Positions 40,715 through 52,104 of a stretch of DNA of 64,000 nucleotides are shown here, piece by piece. Under the pieces are notes generated by a model. The model was not told the DNA's origin and did no database searches. It saw nothing but the letters and a program-made list of their open reading frames with translations. This stretch comes from Gloeobacterales cyanobacterium (GTDB lineage Bacteria; Cyanobacteriota; Cyanobacteriia; Gloeobacterales; PMM-0068). The stretch lies in assembly GCA_038245785.1 (NCBI GenBank), contig JBBRSB010000002.1, forward strand, positions 64,001 through 128,000. The letters are read 5' to 3'. Each line of letters begins with the position of its first letter. Position 1 is the stretch's first letter. The translations under genes were made by a program, and so were the position numbers.

Positions 40715-41404
40715 TTATCTTTTCAGCAAATAGCGCAAAGCCCCTGCCATGATAGCGAGGGTAATTGCCATCCATACTAAGGCAATTGGCCAAGCCAAAA
40801 ATGGTAATCCCCAACTATTTGCCAGAATACCTGCATCCGTAGCCCCAACGTTGTATTGAAAATCTCGAAAATCGCTGAGGGCATAGATAGACAGAAAACT
40901 GCCCATGAATAGATTAAAATACTTGGCCACCGCTCTATAGACAAAATTTAACCAAATCCAGCTGCCTGCAAAGATTAAACCGGCCCAAAATTCCCACTGC
41001 CAGGGACGGAGAACCGTCAAAGACAGATAGAGCAGCAAAATACCCAATAACGTCACAAAAGCCTCTTGCGCCTTAGGGTTACGTCCTAAGGCAATTAAGA
41101 TAGCTCCGATAACCGCAGTTCCGATGTAACCTGCCGCTGCCACAAAGGGAAAGAAACCACCCTGACTTAAAGTATGTCCTGACTCATCCAAGCTGACAGA
41201 GAGGGCAACCGGAGTACCTCCTGTCATCACTGAAGCCAAAGCATGACAGGCTTCGTGCAGATATACCGCTAGAATCCTCAAGGGATAAAAGGCTGGATAG
41301 TCCCAGAAGAAAAGGCAAATAGAAGCAGCGGTCGCTATCGTGGTAACGATTCCCCAGGGAGAAACTTTTCTCGATGAATTAACAAGATATGTAGGTTGTG
41401 CCAT
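40715..41404 (-). CDS. M50B-family membrane metallopeptidase
   Basis: HEACH (HExxH), AAGY, TDA motifs, several TM segments. Confidence 0.85.
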   Translation of the reverse strand: MAQPTYLVNSSRKVSPWGIVTTIATAASICLFFWDYPAFYPLRILAVYLHEACHALASVMTGGTPVALSVSLDESGHTLSQGGFFPFVAAAGYIGTAVIGAILIALGRNPKAQEAFVTLLGILLLYLSLTVLRPWQWEFWAGLIFAGSWIWLNFVYRAVAKYFNLFMGSFLSIYALSDFRDFQYNVGATDAGILANSWGLPFLAWPIALVWMAITLAIMAGALRYLLKR

Positions 41405-41477
41405 TACTTATTATCAGTACCCATACTTGTTCTAACTCAGTCTCGAAGCCTTTTGTTAGTTTGATGGAGCATACCCC

Positions 41478-43517
41478 ATGACCAGAGCAAGCTTCAAAAA
41501 GCCTCTGTTTCCAGAGAACAAAGGCCGTGAATGGGTTAACGGATGGCCATGGTATTTCGTGGGTGCCACTTGGTTGTTGCTTTGGGCCTGGAATTTGACA
41601 GACCGTACGCCCCCTATTTGGGACCAAGCGGGGCATCTGGTTACCAGTTGGCAGCACTGGAAGCAGCTACAGCAATTTGTGCCGACGGCCCTCTGGTGGG
41701 ATTCATTCTTTAAGATTTCGGACCGCTATCCCCCATTGGTTTATTGGCTGGCTACTCCGTTCTTTCAGTTGTTTGGATTTAGCCTGGTAACAGCCCTGGT
41801 CGTGCCTGCCGCTTTCTTGCTTTTGCTTGCTTTTGGAACTGCGGGATTGACCCAAGCGCTTTTAGACGAGAAAGAAGCCCGTTGGGTGGGAGCCCTAGCC
41901 GCTGGATTGGTGATGCTCTATCCGATTCACCTGGAGCAAGCCCATCAATTTTTACTGGACCTGCCCATGGCTACAGCCATTCTCTGGGGATTTTGGGGAT
42001 GCGCTCGTTACTTGCGTCGGCCCTCTTGGTTCCATAGTTTATGGATTGGAAGCTGCCTGGGCTGGGTCGGTCTGACTAAATGGAGTGGGATTCTCTTTCT
42101 TATAGTGCCTCTACTCGCCCTTTTGATTCGTCAATTGCGCCAGAAAGAGTGGCGCTGTTTGCTCCATGCCGCTCTGGTTATTTTGTCCGCCGCTGTGATT
42201 ATGGCTCCTTGGTATGGAACCAATTGGCTCTTTGTGATTAGCAATGGCCTGAAATATGCCCGTGATGCTCAGTACTATCCAGTAGTCGCAGGTTCTCCTG
42301 GGTCCTGGACTTGGTGGACGTTCTACTTGAGAATTCTGCCTTTTCAGATGTCTTGGTGGTTAGTCGGGTTGCCCCTCCTCTGTGTCGCTTGTTGGTCTGG
42401 TTTTCCCAAACTTTTACGGCAAAAAGAGGCCGTCGTGCTTCTGCTCCTTGTTTTTAGCAGTGGCTATGTGATCGTGAGCTGGATTAGTCTCAAAGACCCT
42501 CGCTTTTCGATGCCCTTACTGCCCCTCTTAGCAATTCTCTCTGCTATTGGCTTGGCCCAGTTAACCAGACCTGCTGCCTCAGGAGCTTTTGTTGTGCTCA
42601 GTCTCCTAACTTTGGCTACTTTTTGGAACCAAACGGTTTTGCCTTCTACCCAAAAACCCGCTTCTTTGCTGACTGGAGTGGCTGAATATCTGCAAAAAGC
42701 TATCCCGCTCTCTTCAAAAGTCTCGGTCGGCATGCTGCCCGTTAATTCCGGTAGCCTTCCAATTGGTCCGGAAGAACTGGATTACTACTCGGCGGTGAAT
42801 AGTCGTCCCTTTGTCGCACGAGTCGCTGGGATCACAGGTTCGACCTGGGAGCCTAGTCTCTGGTCTTGGGTGCTCCGCTGTGCCGGTCCCTGCGCCAAGG
42901 GCTGGACAGACCCCTATCAGGATCAAAGACTATCGGTAGCAAAAGTACTGGAGGAATCCAGCCAATTTAAACGGGTCCAAACCTGGCCTTTAGGGGGACA
43001 AGATACGCTAGAGCTATATCAGCGAGTAGCTCCACTGACCTCTCCTTTAACGGTTATTGAGGAAGCGGCAACGGCTATGGAGGCTGGAAATCTTGAACAA
43101 CTAGGCAAAGATATCTTGGTACTCACCCAAACTCAGTATGACTCAGCGTATTTAGAGGCTAGCCGTCAACTATTGATGCCGTTTGGACAAAGTACTGTTC
43201 CTCGGAAGCTTTATGGGTCTGCTTTGACCTATGTAATAGAGCGTAGGGTCCCAGAAGCGCAGCAGATCTTAACTCAAATCACCAAACAAACGCCTCAAGA
43301 TGCTCAGGCCTGGGGCTACCGAGCCTTTTTATATCTCTATGCTTTCCAACCTCAAGCGGCACTCAGCGCCCTGGATAAGCTAGACCATCTAAATCCCAAA
43401 CCAAATCCTCTCTGGTGGCAGTTAAGAGCAGTTGCCTATGCCCAATCTTTAAATTTTGTGGGAGCGTGGCAGACGCTGCAGGACCATTCTACTCATGAGC
43501 CGAACCCCGCAAATTAG
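41478..43517 (+). CDS. GT39/ArnT-like membrane glycosyltransferase with C-terminal TPR-like region
   Basis: PIWDQAGH, YPPL, LLDLP, LTKW, KDPRF. Confidence 0.85.
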   Translation: MTRASFKKPLFPENKGREWVNGWPWYFVGATWLLLWAWNLTDRTPPIWDQAGHLVTSWQHWKQLQQFVPTALWWDSFFKISDRYPPLVYWLATPFFQLFGFSLVTALVVPAAFLLLLAFGTAGLTQALLDEKEARWVGALAAGLVMLYPIHLEQAHQFLLDLPMATAILWGFWGCARYLRRPSWFHSLWIGSCLGWVGLTKWSGILFLIVPLLALLIRQLRQKEWRCLLHAALVILSAAVIMAPWYGTNWLFVISNGLKYARDAQYYPVVAGSPGSWTWWTFYLRILPFQMSWWLVGLPLLCVACWSGFPKLLRQKEAVVLLLLVFSSGYVIVSWISLKDPRFSMPLLPLLAILSAIGLAQLTRPAASGAFVVLSLLTLATFWNQTVLPSTQKPASLLTGVAEYLQKAIPLSSKVSVGMLPVNSGSLPIGPEELDYYSAVNSRPFVARVAGITGSTWEPSLWSWVLRCAGPCAKGWTDPYQDQRLSVAKVLEESSQFKRVQTWPLGGQDTLELYQRVAPLTSPLTVIEEAATAMEAGNLEQLGKDILVLTQTQYDSAYLEASRQLLMPFGQSTVPRKLYGSALTYVIERRVPEAQQILTQITKQTPQDAQAWGYRAFLYLYAFQPQAALSALDKLDHLNPKPNPLWWQLRAVAYAQSLNFVGAWQTLQDHSTHEPNPAN

Positions 43518-43926
43518 GATGATAGGGTTTTTGCTCTACTTGATAGGCTATATTTCGATGCTTGAGCCATTCTTCCAAAGGGCTATCTGCCTGCGCTAGC
43601 AAAGTATCGTCAGACAGCAACTGAGCAGAACGATGCCAATTCCCCAGATGATGCGCAACTATACATAGTTGATTCGTATCTTCAGGCTTAATAACTAAAA
43701 CAGTCTCTTCTTGCGCTTGAACAATAATCGTTCTTTCAAGACTGTTATAGACTACATCTCTATCCCTGAATATAGTTCCTCGCGGTAGCGATGAAGCAAC
43801 TTCAGTGCCTTTATTCGTAAAGAAACGCTGACGTGGTTTACAACGTTCTTCCCAGGTTAGAGAAAGATATTCTACGGGTCCTTGCGGTTGAGTATCTGAT
43901 GCTAACGATTCGATAATTAAGGACAT
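43489..43926 (-). CDS. ureE: urease accessory protein UreE
   Basis: LTWEER.KPR, LPRG, AHHLGNWH; downstream of ureC. Confidence 0.85.
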   Translation of the reverse strand: MSLIIESLASDTQPQGPVEYLSLTWEERCKPRQRFFTNKGTEVASSLPRGTIFRDRDVVYNSLERTIIVQAQEETVLVIKPEDTNQLCIVAHHLGNWHRSAQLLSDDTLLAQADSPLEEWLKHRNIAYQVEQKPYHPNLRGSAHE

Positions 43927-43972
43927 ATTGGAGATCCCCCCGAGCGAAAGAGAACGTTGAGCTGTAAGTATG

Positions 43973-44088
43973 CGCCCCCGTTCGGCCGACGCTCAGGGAA
44001 GCCTAAATCCCCCATAGCGAAGCTTCTCGGAGAGTATTCTGGGGGACTTTGAGGTCAGAACCCCCCAAGGTTGGGGGCAGGGGGGCGT
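43973..44088 (-). repeat. REP/SDR-like element, family A, with two inserts
   Basis: Reverse complement nearly identical to 18297-18409. Confidence 0.85.
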
Positions 44089-44100
44089 TAGATATGGCAA

Positions 44101-45819
44101 TCAAAACAGAAAATATCGTTGAGCCATCGGTAAAGTTGTTGCTGGCTCACAGGTTAGTAATTCTCCATTGACGACTACTTCATAGGTTTCTGGATTGACT
44201 TTAATTTCTGGTGTTTCACTATTCAACTTCAGGTCTTGTTTACTAATCGAGCGGCAACCTGATACTGCTATAACTTGTTTGGTTAGTCCTAGTTGTTCAG
44301 GAATGCCTGAATCCAGGGCGACCTGAGACATGAAGAGCAGGCTCGACTGGGTTAAAGCTTTTCCAAAGCTGGCAAACATCGGTCTTGGAAATACGGGTTG
44401 AGGGGTCGGAATCGAGGCATTGGGGTCTCCCATTTGGGCATAGGCAATCATTCCGCCTTTAAGCACAAGTTCCGGTTTAACGCCGAAGAATTGAGGTTTC
44501 CAGATGCAGAGATCGGCCCACTTACCGACTTCTATAGAACCGACGATAGAATTGATGCCGTGGGTCAAGGCCGGATTGATCGTGTATTTGGCGATGTAGC
44601 GTTTCGCCCGATAGTTATCATTCTGCTTGCTGTCTTGCGGTAAGGCTCCTCTTTGGCGTTTCATTTTGTCCGCCGTTTGCCAGGTGCGGATAATCACTTC
44701 TCCAATTCGGCCCATCGCTTGGGAGTCTGAGGAGAGCATCGAAAATACACCCAAGTCATGGAGAATATCTTCGGCTGCAATTGTCTGGGGACGAATTCTA
44801 GATTCTGCAAAAGCAATGTCTTCGGGTACTGAACGGCTCAGATGATGGCAGACCATCAGCATGTCCAAATGTTCTTCGATGGTGTTAACGGTGAAAGGTC
44901 GTGTGGGATTAGTCGAGCTGGGTAAAACATTCGGCTCTCCAGCAATTTTGATAATGTCTGGAGCATGGCCACCGCCTGCTCCTTCGGTGTGGAAGGTGTG
45001 AATCGTACGACCATTAATTGCGGCAATCGAGTCTTCGACAAAACCTGATTCATTGAGGGTGTCGGTGTGAATGGTGGCTTGGATATCAAATTCATCGCAA
45101 ACATTCAAACAGGTATCAATAGCAGCAGGGGTTGTCCCCCAGTCCTCATGAAGCTTTAAACCGCAAGCTCCCGCTTCCACCTGTTCGATTAGGGAACCGG
45201 GCAGGCTGCTATTGCCCTTGCCAAAAAAGCCTAAGTTGATGGGAAAAGCTTCGGCACTTTGGTACATGCGAGCCAAGTTCCAGGCTCCAGGAGTACAGGT
45301 CGTAGCATTGGTTCCGGTGGCGGGTCCGGTTCCGCCGCCCATCAAGGTTGTGACGCCGGAGGCTAGGGCATATTCACAGAGCTGTGGACAGATGAAGTGG
45401 ACATGGGTATCGATGCCGCCTGCGGTGATGATCATGTTCTCTCCCGCAATCACTTCGGTACAGGCTCCAATAACCATGCCAGGAGTTACTCCTGTCTGAA
45501 TATTTGGGTTGCCTGCCTTGCCAATGCCGCAAATTTTGCCGTCTCGAATGCCAATATCCGCTTTGACAATGCCCCACCAATCAAGGATCAGCGCGTTGGT
45601 GATTACGAGGTCTAAGGCTCCCCCGGCGCGAGTAGCGGTTGGGTCTTGAGCCATGCCATCGCGGATGGTCTTACCGCCACCAAATTTCACTTCCTCGCCA
45701 TAGGTGGTGTAGTCTTTTTCGACTTCGATAATTAGTTCGGTGTCTGCCAAACGGACTCGGTCCCCAACGGTGGGTCCATATAAGGAAACATATTTGCTAC
45801 GAGAAATTCTCAGGGTCAT
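44101..45819 (-). CDS. ureC: urease subunit alpha
   Basis: [44 protein letters not shown]; Ni ligands intact. Confidence 0.97.
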   Translation of the reverse strand: MTLRISRSKYVSLYGPTVGDRVRLADTELIIEVEKDYTTYGEEVKFGGGKTIRDGMAQDPTATRAGGALDLVITNALILDWWGIVKADIGIRDGKICGIGKAGNPNIQTGVTPGMVIGACTEVIAGENMIITAGGIDTHVHFICPQLCEYALASGVTTLMGGGTGPATGTNATTCTPGAWNLARMYQSAEAFPINLGFFGKGNSSLPGSLIEQVEAGACGLKLHEDWGTTPAAIDTCLNVCDEFDIQATIHTDTLNESGFVEDSIAAINGRTIHTFHTEGAGGGHAPDIIKIAGEPNVLPSSTNPTRPFTVNTIEEHLDMLMVCHHLSRSVPEDIAFAESRIRPQTIAAEDILHDLGVFSMLSSDSQAMGRIGEVIIRTWQTADKMKRQRGALPQDSKQNDNYRAKRYIAKYTINPALTHGINSIVGSIEVGKWADLCIWKPQFFGVKPELVLKGGMIAYAQMGDPNASIPTPQPVFPRPMFASFGKALTQSSLLFMSQVALDSGIPEQLGLTKQVIAVSGCRSISKQDLKLNSETPEIKVNPETYEVVVNGELLTCEPATTLPMAQRYFLF

Positions 45820-45984
45820 AGAAGGAGCCTTTTATCAAGAGAAATTAAGCTTTTGGTGGTTATGAGCCACATTGCTTCTTCGGACAAAATATAACGGATG
45901 AAAAGAGAATACGGTTCATTGCTCATAAAAGTAGACCTTTTAGGCCGAAACTTTCTCGTTCCCACATTATTTATCTCTAGATTT

Positions 45985-46377
45985 CTAGGCTTCCTTGCCT
46001 GCCGTATAGGCTCGCCATCCTTCCCACGCTGTAATTTCTTTTTGATGTTCGCAAAGAAAGGGTTCTCCTAATACGCCGATTACCACTTCGTTGTTGGCTA
46101 GAATGATCTTGCCGACGCATAAACCAGGGGGTTCTTGAAGCAAGATATTGGAGATGCCCGCTGGCGAAACGGCCCAAATTTCAACAGCAATTGCTTTTCC
46201 ACCCTCCGCAACTCGAATCATGGCTGGGTGGCGATCATTAATAGACCAGAGTCGATAAATTGGGGCCGTTTTCGTTTCTTCGATGAACTGGGCACCTGCT
46301 TTTAGTAAGTTTTCATTTAACTCTAATCCTCGCATTAGGGTTCCATTAACGGCTAGATAAATGCCTTTGTTTGTCAT
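45985..46377 (-). CDS. stand-alone allophanate-hydrolase C-terminal (GGCT-like) domain protein
   Basis: LAVNGTLMRGLELN, TAPIYRLW, P.M.R, EPPGL.VG, IT.WEGWRAY. Confidence 0.8.
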   Translation of the reverse strand: MTNKGIYLAVNGTLMRGLELNENLLKAGAQFIEETKTAPIYRLWSINDRHPAMIRVAEGGKAIAVEIWAVSPAGISNILLQEPPGLCVGKIILANNEVVIGVLGEPFLCEHQKEITAWEGWRAYTAGKEA

Positions 46378-46463
46378 CTGTTTTTCTCTTTAATATTTGA
46401 CTTTTGCGGCATTGTTAATTCATCATTCATTGGGCGCGATGGGAGTTTCTGTTGGGATCAGGT

Positions 46464-46487
46464 GGGCGAAACGCGTTGCGCCCCTAC
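46464..46487. repeat. GTAG-type REP palindrome, family B
   Basis: GGGCGAAACGCGTTGCGCCCCTAC, related to 21294. Confidence 0.5.
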
Positions 46488-46602
46488 CGTCCCTGTGGGG
46501 ACGGGTTTTGCAAAGAAAATGGATGGGTAACGGTGGATTTCATCATCGTTTATACGTCAATAAACTCTTTTTTCGCGTAGCTATTCTTAGGGAACCAGAA
46601 CT

Positions 46603-46660
46603 CAGAACCCCCCAAAGTACTCTCCGATAAGCTTACGCTATGGGGAACAGGGGGGCGATC
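46603..46660 (-). repeat. partial family A repeat with insert, overlapping the carboxylase 3' end
   Basis: GAACCCCCAAAGT[ACTCTCCGATAAGCTTACGCTA]TGGGGAACAGGGGGCGAT. Confidence 0.7.
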
Positions 46661-49600
46661 ACCACTAAATTTTGACCGACGGCTACCAGTTGCCCTTCTG
46701 CACAAAGAATATTGATTACAGTACCTGCTACGGAGGCCGTGATTGCAATTTCCATTTTCATCGATTCTAGGATGATCAATTGATCGCCTATCTCGACGCT
46801 TGTACCTACTTCCACAACGATTTTCCAAACGTTGGCAGGAATATAGGAAGTAACAAGTTGTGCATTGGGAGGGAGATCGATTTCTTCGCCAATTGGTGTA
46901 TCGAGAAGAGCATCTACAAAAGTTTCCGATTGACTATCCGAATCTTGCCAGCGTTGGCGCTCGGCTTCAAAGGCAGTCTGTTGCCTCGTCTTGAATTCAG
47001 TTACTTCGGGGGCGATTGAATCTAGAAAGGCATTGTACTCGCTCAGCCTAAAGGTTTTTTCTTCTACCTCTAACTTCACTTGGCCTTGGAGAAAGGCTTC
47101 TCGATAGCGAAGCAATTCTGGAGCCGCCATCGGATAGAAGCGAATCTGGTCAAAGAAGCGCAGTAGCCAAGGTTTTCCGGCTTCGAAGTCTGCGGTTTGC
47201 TGGTAGGTATTCCACACTTGAACCGTACGTCCTACAAACTGATAGCCGCCCGGACCCTCCATGCCATAGATGCACATGTAGGCACCACCGATGCCCACAG
47301 CATTTTCAGGGGTCCAGGTGCGGGCTGGATTGTATTTGGTAGTAACTAAGCGATGACGCGGATCAATGGGCGTTGCTACCGGAGCTCCTAAATAAACATC
47401 TCCTAATCCCAACACTAGGTAACTAGCATTGAAGACAATCTCTTTTACCTGTTCGATACTATCTAAGCCATTGATGCGCCGAATGAATTCAATGTTGCTG
47501 GGACACCAGGGTGCATCCTTGCGCACAGATTGCATATACTTCTGAATCGCTAATTGAGTCGATTTATCGTCCCAAGAAAGAGGCAGATGAAGAATGCGCG
47601 TCGGCACTTCCATCGCCGCAATCGGGGGCAATTCTTTTTCAGCAGCAACTAGCGTATTCAGTAATTCGGCTAGAGGCTGGACGCTGTTGTCATAATGGAC
47701 CTGCAAGGAACGAATCCCTGGAGTTAGGTCGAGGATGCCTTTTAGAGGATGGTCTAGGAGCCACTGCATCAAGGCATGGACTCGGAAACGGAGGTTTAAA
47801 TCTAATACTAAGGGACCATACTCAATCAGCAGATACTTGTCGCCGGAGAGCCGATATTTAACTGCAATTTGTTCGGGAGACGCTGGAATCTCATGGAGGA
47901 TAGGGCTTGAGATGACAGTCGTTATCTTTAGCGGTGGAGTAGTGGATGGAGTTAAGGTGGCGATTTGCTGATCTTGTTCTTGTTCTCGTCTTAGGGCTTC
48001 ACTGGCGGTAAGGCGATGGAAGCGAATCACATCACCTGGTTTCAGTTGACCGATTTTCCATAGCTCCGACTGGATAATCGTGGCCGGACAAACAAATCCA
48101 CCGAGGCTGGGACCATCAGGACCGAGAATAATCGGCATATCACCCGTAAAGTCGATGGTGCCAATAGCGTAGGCATTGTCATGAATATTGGAAGGATGGA
48201 GCCCCGCTTCACCTCCATCTTTCCGCGCCCATTGGGGTTTGGGACCAATAAGACGAACTCCGGTACGGGCTGAGTTGTAATGCACTTCCCAATCGGTTGA
48301 GAAAAATGTTTCAATATCGCTTTCGGTGAAGAAATCCGGTGCCCCATGAGGGCCATAGAGCACTCCTATATCCCAGGTATTGGTATAGATCGGGATCAGT
48401 TCTGGGGGGACTGACTGAGTAGGAGTATGAGGCTCGGATGCATTCGATGGAGCTAACTTCAGCACATCGCCCGTCCGCAGGGTCCGTCCACAATGTCCAC
48501 CAAATTGGCCCAGGGTAAAGGTAGCTTTGCTGCCCAAATAATCAGGGACTTTGAAGCCATCCTGTATGGCTAAGTACGTCCGGCAACCATGCCCGTGCAC
48601 GGCCCTCATCTTCAAGATGCTCCCTGCTGCCACGGACACGGCTGTCCAGAAAGGCACGGGCTGACCATTGAGTTCCGCTTGCATCGGAGCTCCTGCCAGA
48701 CAAATCACGGTAGCTGTATTGAAGCGCAACGTCGGGCCAACGATGGTGCATTCTAGTCCTGCTGCCGACGCTGGATTGCCAAGCACCCGATTGGCCAAGC
48801 GAAACGCCAGCGCGTCCATCGGACCGGAAGGGGGGACTCCAATATTCCAGTAGCCAACCCGTCCTGGATAATCTTGTAGCGTGGTCAGAGTCCCCGGTTC
48901 TAAGACATCAACTGTACGTGGACTGTAGTGAAAGGACTCCAAAAATCGAGTGCTGACCTTACCTGCATTAAAGGTAGGGTCGTCCAGAATTTGTCTCAGA
49001 TAGGTCAGGTTGGATTCAATTCCCGCAATCTCAGAGGAATCCAGGGCTGATTTAAGATCAGCGATCGCCTCTGACCGCGAAGGAGCTTTGACAATTAGCT
49101 TTGCCATCAGCGGATCGTAGTAGGGCGTAATTTCTGTTCCTCGCTCAATCCAGCTATCACAGCGGACTGTGGCGGGAAAGACTACTTCGGTCAACTTACC
49201 AGAACTGGGCTGGAAGTTTTTTCCTGGATCTTCGGCGTAGATTCGCAGTTGAATCGAATGTCCTTGGGGCTGATGCTGATAGGTTTCTAGAGGTAGCAAT
49301 TCCCCTGCGGCTAGTCGGACCATCCACGCTACAAGGTCAACTCCCGTCACTTCCTCGGTCACCCCATGCTCCACCTGGAGCCGCGTGTTTACCTCCAAAA
49401 AGTAAAAGTCTTCCGTAGATACATCAAAAACAAACTCTACAGTACCCGCTGACTGATAATGCACTGCTTGCCCCAAGCGCACAGCGCTATCCCATAGACT
49501 ATAGCGCAGGGCATCGCTGATTCCTGAAGCTGGCGTTTCTTCAATCACTTTCTGGTTGCGTCGCTGCACCGAGCAGTCTCGCTCACCCAGAGCAACCACT

Positions 49601-50256
49601 TTCCCATGACCATCGCCAAAGATTTGCACCTCGATGTGGCGGGCATGCTCCACATATTTCTCTACATAGATGCCACTTTGTTTGAAATTATTCTGGCTTA
49701 GACGTTGAACTCGTTCGAACAATTCAGCCAACTGCTCTTCTCGGTGACAGAGTTGTAGACCGATACCTCCTCCGCCTGCCGTGCTCTTGAGCATCACGGG
49801 ATAGCCAATCGCTCGTGCAGCCTCCTGCGCCGCTTCCAGATTGTCTAAGAGCGCACTTCCTGGCAAAAGCGGCACTTGATTCTCTGCTGCCAACTGTCGT
49901 GCCTTATGTTTCAGCCCAAAACTCCGCATCTGTTCTGGAGTGGGGCCAATAAACGCAATCCCCTTAGCGAGACAGGCTTCGGCAAATTTGGCGTTTTCAC
50001 TCAAGAATCCGTAGCCTGGATGAATCGCCTGGGCTCCTGTCTGTTCTGCTGCTTCTAGAATGCGCTCCCAGCGGAGGTAACTCTCTGCCGCAATCGCTGG
50101 GCCAATACAGACTGACTCTGTTGCAGCATACACATGGCGGGCATGGGCATCCACTTCTGAATAAACGGCCACCGAACCAATGCCTAAGCGATCAAGCGTC
50201 CGAATAATGCGGCAGGCAATTTCACCCCGGTTGGCAATAAGAACTTTATCGAACAT
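46633..50256 (-). CDS. uca: urea/guanidine carboxylase (biotin-dependent)
   Basis: [14 protein letters not shown] biotin-carboxylase domain, [22 protein letters not shown], biotinyl ESMKME. Confidence 0.96.
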   Translation of the reverse strand: MFDKVLIANRGEIACRIIRTLDRLGIGSVAVYSEVDAHARHVYAATESVCIGPAIAAESYLRWERILEAAEQTGAQAIHPGYGFLSENAKFAEACLAKGIAFIGPTPEQMRSFGLKHKARQLAAENQVPLLPGSALLDNLEAAQEAARAIGYPVMLKSTAGGGGIGLQLCHREEQLAELFERVQRLSQNNFKQSGIYVEKYVEHARHIEVQIFGDGHGKVVALGERDCSVQRRNQKVIEETPASGISDALRYSLWDSAVRLGQAVHYQSAGTVEFVFDVSTEDFYFLEVNTRLQVEHGVTEEVTGVDLVAWMVRLAAGELLPLETYQHQPQGHSIQLRIYAEDPGKNFQPSSGKLTEVVFPATVRCDSWIERGTEITPYYDPLMAKLIVKAPSRSEAIADLKSALDSSEIAGIESNLTYLRQILDDPTFNAGKVSTRFLESFHYSPRTVDVLEPGTLTTLQDYPGRVGYWNIGVPPSGPMDALAFRLANRVLGNPASAAGLECTIVGPTLRFNTATVICLAGAPMQAELNGQPVPFWTAVSVAAGSILKMRAVHGHGCRTYLAIQDGFKVPDYLGSKATFTLGQFGGHCGRTLRTGDVLKLAPSNASEPHTPTQSVPPELIPIYTNTWDIGVLYGPHGAPDFFTESDIETFFSTDWEVHYNSARTGVRLIGPKPQWARKDGGEAGLHPSNIHDNAYAIGTIDFTGDMPIILGPDGPSLGGFVCPATIIQSELWKIGQLKPGDVIRFHRLTASEALRREQEQDQQIATLTPSTTPPLKITTVISSPILHEIPASPEQIAVKYRLSGDKYLLIEYGPLVLDLNLRFRVHALMQWLLDHPLKGILDLTPGIRSLQVHYDNSVQPLAELLNTLVAAEKELPPIAAMEVPTRILHLPLSWDDKSTQLAIQKYMQSVRKDAPWCPSNIEFIRRINGLDSIEQVKEIVFNASYLVLGLGDVYLGAPVATPIDPRHRLVTTKYNPARTWTPENAVGIGGAYMCIYGMEGPGGYQFVGRTVQVWNTYQQTADFEAGKPWLLRFFDQIRFYPMAAPELLRYREAFLQGQVKLEVEEKTFRLSEYNAFLDSIAPEVTEFKTRQQTAFEAERQRWQDSDSQSETFVDALLDTPIGEEIDLPPNAQLVTSYIPANVWKIVVEVGTSVEIGDQLIILESMKMEIAITASVAGTVINILCAEGQLVAVGQNLVVIAPLFPIA

Positions 50257-50301
50257 AGTGCAAGCAGTCTCAAGGATAGTGAGCAAGTTTCTGCAAAGGT
50301 A

Positions 50302-50400
50302 GATCCCCCGCTCCCCCCTTGTACCCTTACGGGAAGGCTACGCCTAGAAGGGGGGCAAAGCCCTTAAAGGATTAAAGTTCTATTTTGATAGGGGGGATCT
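50302..50400. repeat. REP/SDR-like hairpin element with insert
   Basis: ATCCCCCGCTCCCCCTT...CCCTTACGGGAAGGCTACGCC...AAGGGGGG...GGGGGGATCT. Confidence 0.55.
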
Positions 50401-50414
50401 CAAGAAACCCATAC

Positions 50415-51056
50415 CTAAGGAGTATCCCAGACAATCAGTTGAATCGGTGTGGGATTGTATGCATTGCAAGGGTTATTCATTTGAGGACAGTTGGAAATGG
50501 CGACTAAGGTGTTCATTTCAGCTTTTAGATCGACAGTACTGCCTGGCTCGGAGATCCCATCCACAATTTCCAAGGTGCCATCTTTACTTACTGGCACGTT
50601 CATAAAGAAATTGATATTGCTCACAAGATCTCGCTTTCCCATGCCATAGGGCGCAACCGCCATCAAGAAATTTTCGACACAGGCATGTTGCCAACGCTTG
50701 TCGAGACCAAAGCGCACTGAATTGCTTTCACAACTGCAGGCTCCACCAGAAGTATCATGGCGTCCACAGGTGTCATTCAAAATGGTCATTAGGACATTGC
50801 CATCATTGGAGTAAAGCTTGCTTCCAGTCGTGAGAAAGATATTCCTCTGATTCCGAATCGTATCGGGGGCGCTGTATCGTTCACTGGTATCATCCGCGTT
50901 ATAAACCAGGAAATCCACCGCCTGATTGCCGCCCAAATCAACAATCCTCAAAATTTGTCCTTTCTTGATTACCTGTGACCAGGGCTTACGGGCAGGAAGT
51001 ACCTGATTGTAAATGGCTCTATCGGGATTCAGTGTCTGTTCTACGGCTAAAACCAT
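50415..51056 (-). CDS. cgdB: carboxyguanidine deiminase subunit B (DUF1989)
   Basis: DLGGNQAVD, CGRHDTSGGACS.ESN, SNCPQMNNPCN. Confidence 0.88.
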   Translation of the reverse strand: MVLAVEQTLNPDRAIYNQVLPARKPWSQVIKKGQILRIVDLGGNQAVDFLVYNADDTSERYSAPDTIRNQRNIFLTTGSKLYSNDGNVLMTILNDTCGRHDTSGGACSCESNSVRFGLDKRWQHACVENFLMAVAPYGMGKRDLVSNINFFMNVPVSKDGTLEIVDGISEPGSTVDLKAEMNTLVAISNCPQMNNPCNAYNPTPIQLIVWDTP

Positions 51057-51104
51057 GGTTCAATTCTCCTTTTCTATGGCTATTAACTAATCGTTCGCTG
51101 GGCT

Positions 51105-51827
51105 TTAAACAAAAAGAGCATCGGTGTTTTGGAAACCACGAATTGCTTCTGGGTTGGCTGTTCTGCATAAATCAGCAGCAGCAGGAGCCAGAGAATTCCA
51201 AACCACAACCCGAATCGGGCTAGGCTCATAAACTGACTTTGGCTCGAGCACATGGGGGCAGTTGGAAAGCACTACCAAAACATTCATTTCGGCTCTGAGA
51301 TCGATGAAATTTCCTGGTTTTGAAGCTCCCTCAATCCATTTCAGTTCACCCTCTTTTTCCACAACAACCTGTGCGAAAAGATTGAGGTTCGGCATAATAT
51401 CTTTTTTGCCCATATTCCGTTTAGCTAAGGCCAGGATGAAATTATCACGAGCGTTTTTCCAATCTCCTTCTCCATACTTAGCGCTATTGGTTACAGCATT
51501 ACTGCATCCAGCAAGGGTATCGTGATGGCTACAGGTATCTTCTGTAATCGAGAATAAGACCCGCCCCATATCGGAATAGAGCACCATGCCTTTTTTCAAG
51601 AAAGCATTGAACTGGATCTTGGCGGTATCGGCGGCGTTATAGCGTTCGATGACGTTGTCAGCGTTGTAGCAGAGCATCGAAACCCCTGTGGAACCTTCTA
51701 GGTCCACAATCCGCAGCGTTGTGCCTTTCTTGATGACGCGCGACCAATAGTTACCGCCTGGAATGACCTCATCCCAGGTGATTAGAGCCGGATCGATATC
51801 AAGCGTTTCTGTTTTTTCCATAGACAT
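51105..51827 (-). CDS. cgdA: carboxyguanidine deiminase subunit A (DUF1989)
   Basis: ERYNAADTAKIQ, SDMGRVL, HDTLAG, SNCPH. Confidence 0.88.
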   Translation of the reverse strand: MSMEKTETLDIDPALITWDEVIPGGNYWSRVIKKGTTLRIVDLEGSTGVSMLCYNADNVIERYNAADTAKIQFNAFLKKGMVLYSDMGRVLFSITEDTCSHHDTLAGCSNAVTNSAKYGEGDWKNARDNFILALAKRNMGKKDIMPNLNLFAQVVVEKEGELKWIEGASKPGNFIDLRAEMNVLVVLSNCPHVLEPKSVYEPSPIRVVVWNSLAPAAADLCRTANPEAIRGFQNTDALFV

Positions 51828-51884
51828 AGCCTTCTCCTGTATTCCAACAATTGCATCACACTTGCGTCAGGTCTTGCTTTGCTT

Positions 51885-51950
51885 CCAAAACAAAAGCCCA
51901 GGAAGCCCCAACAGTAAGCGCGTACTGTACAGCTCTCCCGGGCTTTTATC
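51885..51950 (-). terminator. riboswitch expression-platform terminator
   Basis: minus strand AAAAGCCCGGGAG...CTTCCTGGGCTTTTGTTTT, overlapping the aptamer 3' stem. Confidence 0.75.
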
Positions 51951-52040
51951 CCGCCGTGTGACCAGCTTAAGCTGGCTGCTTCTCTTGGACCAGACATCAT
52001 CTTGCAGAACAGGATAACCGGAACCCTAGAAGCGAATTTT
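51933..52040 (-). promoter_or_regulatory. guanidine-I (ykkC-yxkD) riboswitch
   Basis: minus strand CTAGGGTTCCG...CTGGTCCAAGAG...ACACGGCGGGATAAAAGCCCGGGAG upstream of cgdA. Confidence 0.93.
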
Positions 52041-52104
52041 TATATGATGTTATCTTCGCGCAAGAATAACAACGCCACATCCGTACGTTCAACAGAGAAA
52101 TCTC

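Noticed and set aside
52048..52071. TGTTAT-N12-ATAACA inverted repeat as a BirA operator
   Set aside because: This BirA has no HTH domain and the match to known operators is weak.
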